Shown here one piece after another: positions 51,794 to 56,967 of a stretch of DNA of 56,967 bases. The first letter of the stretch is position 1. Each line of letters opens with the position of its first letter. A model generated the notes under the pieces. That model ran no database searches and was not told where the DNA came from. It was given only the letters and a program-made list of their open reading frames with translations. Origin of the DNA: an uncultured Clostridium sp. (GTDB taxonomy: Bacteria > Bacillota > Clostridia > TANB77 > CAG-508); NCBI GenBank assembly GCA_946545015.1, contig CAMNMV010000003.1, positions 1 to 56,967 on the forward strand, in the 5' to 3' direction. Made by a program: the position numbers and the translations under genes.

Positions 51794-52918
51794 TTATTCT
51801 CCTATCAATTTAATTAAATTTTCAATTATTTTGCTATTATCATATGGCTTATTTTCAAAGTCTTTATCGTTAATTTTATTTGTTTTTATAACACTTCTTA
51901 ATCCTTCATATATTTTGTCTTCATCATTTTCTAATATAAGACTATTTTCATATTTTTCTACCGCTTCTCTTGCAGCTGTATCTGTAATTATTATTGGTTT
52001 TCCTAGAATCTTTGCCTCTTCTAAAACCATACCATATCCTTCAAAATTAGAAAGTAAACAAAAATAATTAGCTTGCTTTATATAAGGATATGGGTTTTCC
52101 TTTTTTCCTAATAGATGAAATGTTTCTTTAACATTATTTTCTTCAATTAATTTTTCCAAATTATGTTTTTCAGGCCCATCACCTATTACATAAAAATGAT
52201 GTTTACAATTTGAATAAACTAATTTAGCATGTACCTTAATTAATCTATCTATAGCCTTTTGTGGAACTAATCTTGCGACAGTTACAAAATTTAAAGTAGC
52301 ATTACTATAATCAACATTAATATCTTCTTCTGCTTTTTTTATAACTTCATCTTTATCTATATAATTATAAATAATTTCTTTTTTTATAGGTTCTAAATAT
52401 TTATTTCTAATATCTTTGTAGACTTCTTTGAATTTTCTCATATTGTCTTTACTTACAAATACTATAGTTTGATACTTAGAATAAATTTTCTTATCAAAAT
52501 ATTTTTTTACCCTTGCCTTAATTCCTTTACCAAACACAAGTGAAATATCATTATGCACCCATGCAATTTTTCTAGTATTCTTATTTTTTACACTAAACAG
52601 TCTTGTTACAGGTCCTTCCAAAAATGCAATTTCAACATCATAATCATCTTTTATATATTTTTTGTATATTCCATTTTTATTTAATAACACTTTTAATGGA
52701 ACTAATTTTTTTTGCATTTTTCCAAGACTTGAATAACTTGTATTATATAATGATTTTAATTTAACATTTTTTGATAATTGTTTTTCTAAATCTCCACCAG
52801 AATATATTGTAAATATAGTAATATCATATTTATCACATAATTTGTTTGCTATATCTACTAATACTCTTTCTGCTCCTCCTAATGTAAGTCCTGTTATTCC
52901 AAAAAGTATCTTTTTCAT
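51794..52918 (-). CDS. GT4 glycosyltransferase
   Basis: GGAERV, VARLVPQK, GDGP, NPYPY, EGYGMVLEEA. Confidence 0.9.
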   Translation of the reverse strand: MKKILFGITGLTLGGAERVLVDIANKLCDKYDITIFTIYSGGDLEKQLSKNVKLKSLYNTSYSSLGKMQKKLVPLKVLLNKNGIYKKYIKDDYDVEIAFLEGPVTRLFSVKNKNTRKIAWVHNDISLVFGKGIKARVKKYFDKKIYSKYQTIVFVSKDNMRKFKEVYKDIRNKYLEPIKKEIIYNYIDKDEVIKKAEEDINVDYSNATLNFVTVARLVPQKAIDRLIKVHAKLVYSNCKHHFYVIGDGPEKHNLEKLIEENNVKETFHLLGKKENPYPYIKQANYFCLLSNFEGYGMVLEEAKILGKPIIITDTAAREAVEKYENSLILENDEDKIYEGLRSVIKTNKINDKDFENKPYDNSKIIENLIKLIGE

Positions 52919-54382
52919 TTATACCTCCTTATCAAGGTTTTTAGCTTTACTAAATAATATTGCACTTAATACAACTATTATCAATGCTGTTGATGGACTA
53001 AAAAATGTATATCCTGAAAAGAATGATAATGCAAAGGCAAAACCGCTTCCTAATATCAATCTTATATAATCTGCATCAATTTTTCTAAATTTCTTTATTC
53101 CTTTATATAATCCATATCCTAGTATTGCAATAAATGGTCCTAAATATAATACAAATCCCATAAGTCCGAAATTTATTAATATTGCTGGTACTTCCATTTC
53201 AAATACTAGTTCTCTATAATTTGCCATATATCCATTTCCAAATACAATTAACATTGGATTTGCTTGATTTTTTACTAACACAATATTATAAATCAATTGT
53301 TGCATTCTTTGATCATTATTGGTTACATTCATATCATTTGCAATATTATATAAATCTATAATTGATTGTTTTTGTGCTTCATTTAAATATCCTTCTTCTA
53401 ATGTTCCATTATCTATTTTCTCTTTTATTTCCATCAAACTTCCTGTTATATGAGCTTGTTCGTTTTTACTTTCATCTACTATATTTTGCTCTATATCTTG
53501 TAAATGTTTTCTTCTTTGTAATGTTGTTGATCCAAATATTGTAACTCCTGCAATTATTGTTGCAATTGCAACAATTCCTATTATAGTTATTTTCTTGTTT
53601 AATTTTTTATTTTTTAAAAATTCTTGTACTATTTCAGTAATTACATATAATCCGATTACTAATATAAATCCATATAACCCTACTCTTGTTCCTACAAACA
53701 TTGTTAAGAATATTCCATTTAAAATAACATTTAATGCTACCCAAATTCTATATTTTTTATCTCTTAATAATGGAATATAAATAAACATTGATAACAATAA
53801 TATTGCACAAACACTGTTTCCTGATTCAAACCAACCTTTATATCCCATTTTTTCAATATAAGTAGATGATGATGTATTTGTTAATATAGCTATAAATATT
53901 GAAACAATATAAATTGCTGATGCAATAAACATAAACTTTCTTAGCTTGTCCATATTTTTATCTTTGAATACATAAATATACACAAATAAGTTCAATATCA
54001 TAAATGAATAATTCACTAAATATTGAGCTTCATGTATTTCATTACTATAACTACTTAATGACTTCACTTTTGTAAATAAGAAAATATGAACACATGCATA
54101 TATAATATAAATTAATCCTATAATAATTGAATTAATTTTAAACTTTTTACCATTTTTAAAGAACAAACATATCATTAAAATTGCTGGTATTAATGGTCTT
54201 GTAAATGTTGATGGTGAAAAATTTGTATTAAATACATTTCTAAACAAAAAGCTCACCATATCTAAAACAGGACACATTAATATAAATAAGCATAAAAAGT
54301 TTTCAATATTAAATTTATCTTTTAATTTCGTTTTTTGTTTTTCGTTTAGTTCTGGTTTCTTTGTTTCTTCTTTTTCTTCCAT
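52919..54382 (-). CDS. O-antigen ligase/Wzy-like polytopic membrane protein
   Basis: Many TMs, GWFESGN, GTR, large external loop, FGNG, FGLMGF. Confidence 0.72.
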   Translation of the reverse strand: MEEKEETKKPELNEKQKTKLKDKFNIENFLCLFILMCPVLDMVSFLFRNVFNTNFSPSTFTRPLIPAILMICLFFKNGKKFKINSIIIGLIYIIYACVHIFLFTKVKSLSSYSNEIHEAQYLVNYSFMILNLFVYIYVFKDKNMDKLRKFMFIASAIYIVSIFIAILTNTSSSTYIEKMGYKGWFESGNSVCAILLLSMFIYIPLLRDKKYRIWVALNVILNGIFLTMFVGTRVGLYGFILVIGLYVITEIVQEFLKNKKLNKKITIIGIVAIATIIAGVTIFGSTTLQRRKHLQDIEQNIVDESKNEQAHITGSLMEIKEKIDNGTLEEGYLNEAQKQSIIDLYNIANDMNVTNNDQRMQQLIYNIVLVKNQANPMLIVFGNGYMANYRELVFEMEVPAILINFGLMGFVLYLGPFIAILGYGLYKGIKKFRKIDADYIRLILGSGFAFALSFFSGYTFFSPSTALIIVVLSAILFSKAKNLDKEV

Positions 54383-54388
54383 TTATAA

Positions 54389-55339
54389 TCACCTAAATAT
54401 TTTCGTATATATTTTATATGTTGTTTTGTTTATTGATTTCATATATAAATCTTTTTTTGATTTTGATTCTTTTAAAATTTTATTTTTCTTCCAATTAGGA
54501 AATCTATTATTTAAATTATCCCATGCAAGATTTAACAATTTTTTCTTAATTTCTTTATCCTTTACTTTACACATTCTAAGTAAAGAACTACATAACACTA
54601 TTCTTGTATAAGTGTATTCTAATTCTGTTTTATATTCTTCATATATTCCTTTTTCTTTATAATAATCTATTATGTGATCTAATATATCAAAAATTTCTTT
54701 TGTTCTTTCATTTTGTGTATTAGAAATAGAATTATCTCTTTGTATATAATGCACACATGGTTTCTTTAAGAATGATACTTTGTCCAAATATGGTATTAAT
54801 TTATATGTAAATTCCAAATCTTCATATCTATATCCTTTAGGAAACTCTATTTTTGTTTCATCTAAAATAGATTTCTTTATAAGCTTATTCCATGCAACCA
54901 CTCTTACTTTTTGAGCCATTTCTTTTTTGTTATTATAAATTTCTCCTGTATCAATTCTTGATTTATTCGGATATTCCCAAATAAAATCACATTCTACCAT
55001 ATCACTATTTTCTTTTTTAGCTATTTCATACATTTCTTTATACATAAATGTTTCTACATAATCATCTGAATCAACAAATGCAATATATTCTCCTTTTGCA
55101 TATGGAATACCAAAATTTCTTGCATCTGATAATCCACCATTTTCTTTCTTGAGATAAACTATCTTTTCTGGATATTTTTCTAAAAATTCATTTATGATTT
55201 TTTCTGAATTATCTGTTGATCCATCATTTACTACAATTATTTCAATATCTTGTAATGTTTGATTTACTAATGTATTTAAACATTTTTCTATGTATTTTTC
55301 TACATTATACACAGGAACAATTACACTTACTTTTGGCAT
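54389..55339 (-). CDS. GT2 glycosyltransferase
   Basis: VPVYNVE, NDGSTD, NGGLSDARN, VDSDD, AWNKL, YED. Confidence 0.92.
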   Translation of the reverse strand: MPKVSVIVPVYNVEKYIEKCLNTLVNQTLQDIEIIVVNDGSTDNSEKIINEFLEKYPEKIVYLKKENGGLSDARNFGIPYAKGEYIAFVDSDDYVETFMYKEMYEIAKKENSDMVECDFIWEYPNKSRIDTGEIYNNKKEMAQKVRVVAWNKLIKKSILDETKIEFPKGYRYEDLEFTYKLIPYLDKVSFLKKPCVHYIQRDNSISNTQNERTKEIFDILDHIIDYYKEKGIYEEYKTELEYTYTRIVLCSSLLRMCKVKDKEIKKKLLNLAWDNLNNRFPNWKKNKILKESKSKKDLYMKSINKTTYKIYTKIFR

Positions 55340-55343
55340 AATA

Positions 55344-56297
55344 TTACCTCATTTTTAAATATAAATTTATATTAAATTTTAATATATTTCTTTTAACTCT
55401 TTGTTTAAAATTTATAGGTTTTATATTTTTATATACTTTTCTTAATTTTATTTGTTTCAAATATTCTTTTCTATCATTTCCTTTTAGTTCTTTTGTTTTT
55501 AATATTACTGTATTTGTATAATATCTTTTTATTAAGTCTTTAATACTATCTGAAATATAATACCCATCTATTCTATCTAGCATATTATCATAATGAGCTA
55601 AAACGTCATTTGCTTTTTGAATATTTTTACTATAATCTTCATTTCTCATAATGCTATTTTCTGTTTGCATATAATAATAGCCATAAACTTCTGTAGATAC
55701 TACTGTTTTAGCATTAATAATAATAAGTGGAGTTAATCCAAAATCTTCATGATATTTATTTTTAGTATTATATGAGAAATTATTTTCTACAAAAAATTCT
55801 CTTCTATACAAATAAATACAAGCAACTTCTAAAAAATTATCATTTCCTGCAAGTTTTTCAAATGCTTCTTCACCTGTACATTTTTCAAATACTGGTCCTG
55901 ATAATTTTGCTATTTGTTTTCCACTTTCATCTACTGTTGTCATTTTAAATTTAATTAAATCAATTTCATTGTTAATATATTGTTCTAGATTTTCAAATAA
56001 TTTAGAATCTATATAATCATCTGAATCTAAAAGCATTATATATTTTCCATTAGCTTTTTCGATACCATAATTTCTAGCACTTGATAATCCTCCATTTTCT
56101 TTTTTATAATATTTTGTAACAATATCAGGATTATCTTTTATCCAATTATTTATAACATCTTCAGAATTATCAGTTGATCCATCATTTACTACAATTATTT
56201 CTAAATCTTTCATTGTCTGTTTTTTAACTGAATCAAGACATTTTTCTATATATTTTCCTGTATTATAAACAGGTATTATAATACTTATTTTGGGCAT
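55344..56297 (-). CDS. GT2 glycosyltransferase
   Basis: IPVYN, NDGSTD, NGGLSSARN, LDSDD, HED. Confidence 0.92.
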   Translation of the reverse strand: MPKISIIIPVYNTGKYIEKCLDSVKKQTMKDLEIIVVNDGSTDNSEDVINNWIKDNPDIVTKYYKKENGGLSSARNYGIEKANGKYIMLLDSDDYIDSKLFENLEQYINNEIDLIKFKMTTVDESGKQIAKLSGPVFEKCTGEEAFEKLAGNDNFLEVACIYLYRREFFVENNFSYNTKNKYHEDFGLTPLIIINAKTVVSTEVYGYYYMQTENSIMRNEDYSKNIQKANDVLAHYDNMLDRIDGYYISDSIKDLIKRYYTNTVILKTKELKGNDRKEYLKQIKLRKVYKNIKPINFKQRVKRNILKFNINLYLKMR

Positions 56298-56457
56298 ATT
56301 ATCTACCTTCTATTTAAATTTTATAATAACTTAAATTTAGTCATTATATTCTAATGAATTCTATCATTTTTTTCGCATATAGTCAATATTCAAAAGGCAA
56401 TCATCAATAAATAAAAATCTGATAAATATAATATTTACCAGACTTCTATTTTTATTA

Positions 56458-56967
56458 TTAAATAAAATCAAATACCAGTTTTTGATTTTGATATTTTAAT
56501 GTATAATCTCCTATTTTTCCTATTGTTCTATTTGAATAATTTACCACTACATCTTTATGTGTACTTATATTATTGGCATCAGTACATTGTACTTCCATTT
56601 CATAGTTTATTTCTTTATTTGCACTACTTAAATCAAATCTATATTCATATACATATGGTTCGATTTTTCTTATTGTTCCTTCTATATTATTTCCTGTTGT
56701 TGCTTTTAATACTATCTTTGGCATACTTGTTGGTTCTACTTGCTTTGTTCCATTTATCCATTCTTGTATTACTAATCTTCCTGTCATTATATTTCCATTT
56801 AAACTTATCTCTCCATATGGACTATTTGTCATATACCCTTCATATTGTAAATTAATTTTTTCAAATACTAGTTTTTGATTTTGATATTTTAATGTATAAT
56901 CTCCTATTTTTCCTATCGTTCTATTTGAATAATTTACCACTACATCTTTATGGGTGCTTATATTATT
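56458..56967 (-). CDS. C-terminal part of a repeat-containing, probably surface protein (starts beyond the window)
   Basis: Frame open to the window edge; beta-rich sequence with a 131-aa repeat. Confidence 0.7.
   Translation of the reverse strand, partial: NNISTHKDVVVNYSNRTIGKIGDYTLKYQNQKLVFEKINLQYEGYMTNSPYGEISLNGNIMTGRLVIQEWINGTKQVEPTSMPKIVLKATTGNNIEGTIRKIEPYVYEYRFDLSSANKEINYEMEVQCTDANNISTHKDVVVNYSNRTIGKIGDYTLKYQNQKLVFDFI
56473..56967. repeat. Intragenic direct repeat, period 393 nt
   Basis: NNISTHKDVVVNYSNRTIGKIGDYTLKYQNQKLVF encoded twice; tacatcttta at 56548 and 56941. Confidence 0.9.

Overview
AT-rich (roughly 25% GC by eye) chromosomal segment of a low-GC Firmicute. A gut-type, probably spore-forming Clostridium-class organism is inferred from gene content, not from a database search. 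Almost all genes are on the minus strand. 1-12.6 kb and 20.8-22.8 kb are a patchwork of small accessory enzymes (GNATs, two Ham1/ITPase-like proteins, DXS, aldo/keto reductase, NUDIX, guanine deaminase, a putative ADP-ribosyltransferase-fold orphan), with two unannotated gene remnants and two families of intergenic palindromes. Next come a TetR-controlled ABC exporter and a Fur/Zur-family zinc-uptake operon. In that operon a 100-aa His/Cys membrane peptide is followed by a hairpin that partly hides the znuA ribosome-binding site, a candidate metal-sensing leader peptide. An unusual operon follows: pilin-like membrane protein, 975-aa pseudo-receiver/AT-hook/repeat/ParA-MinD-like protein and a degenerate GAF-GGDEF protein, directly upstream of ireB-ruvX-DUF1292. 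The rest holds a GC-richer purA, a 38-aa Cys-rich peptide with a SigK-like promoter, three tRNAs, CIRCE-groESL, pyrG with a non-canonical attenuator-like leader, recN and a cell-wall polysaccharide locus. No transposase, integrase, CRISPR array or rRNA was seen. All calls come from motif recognition only.
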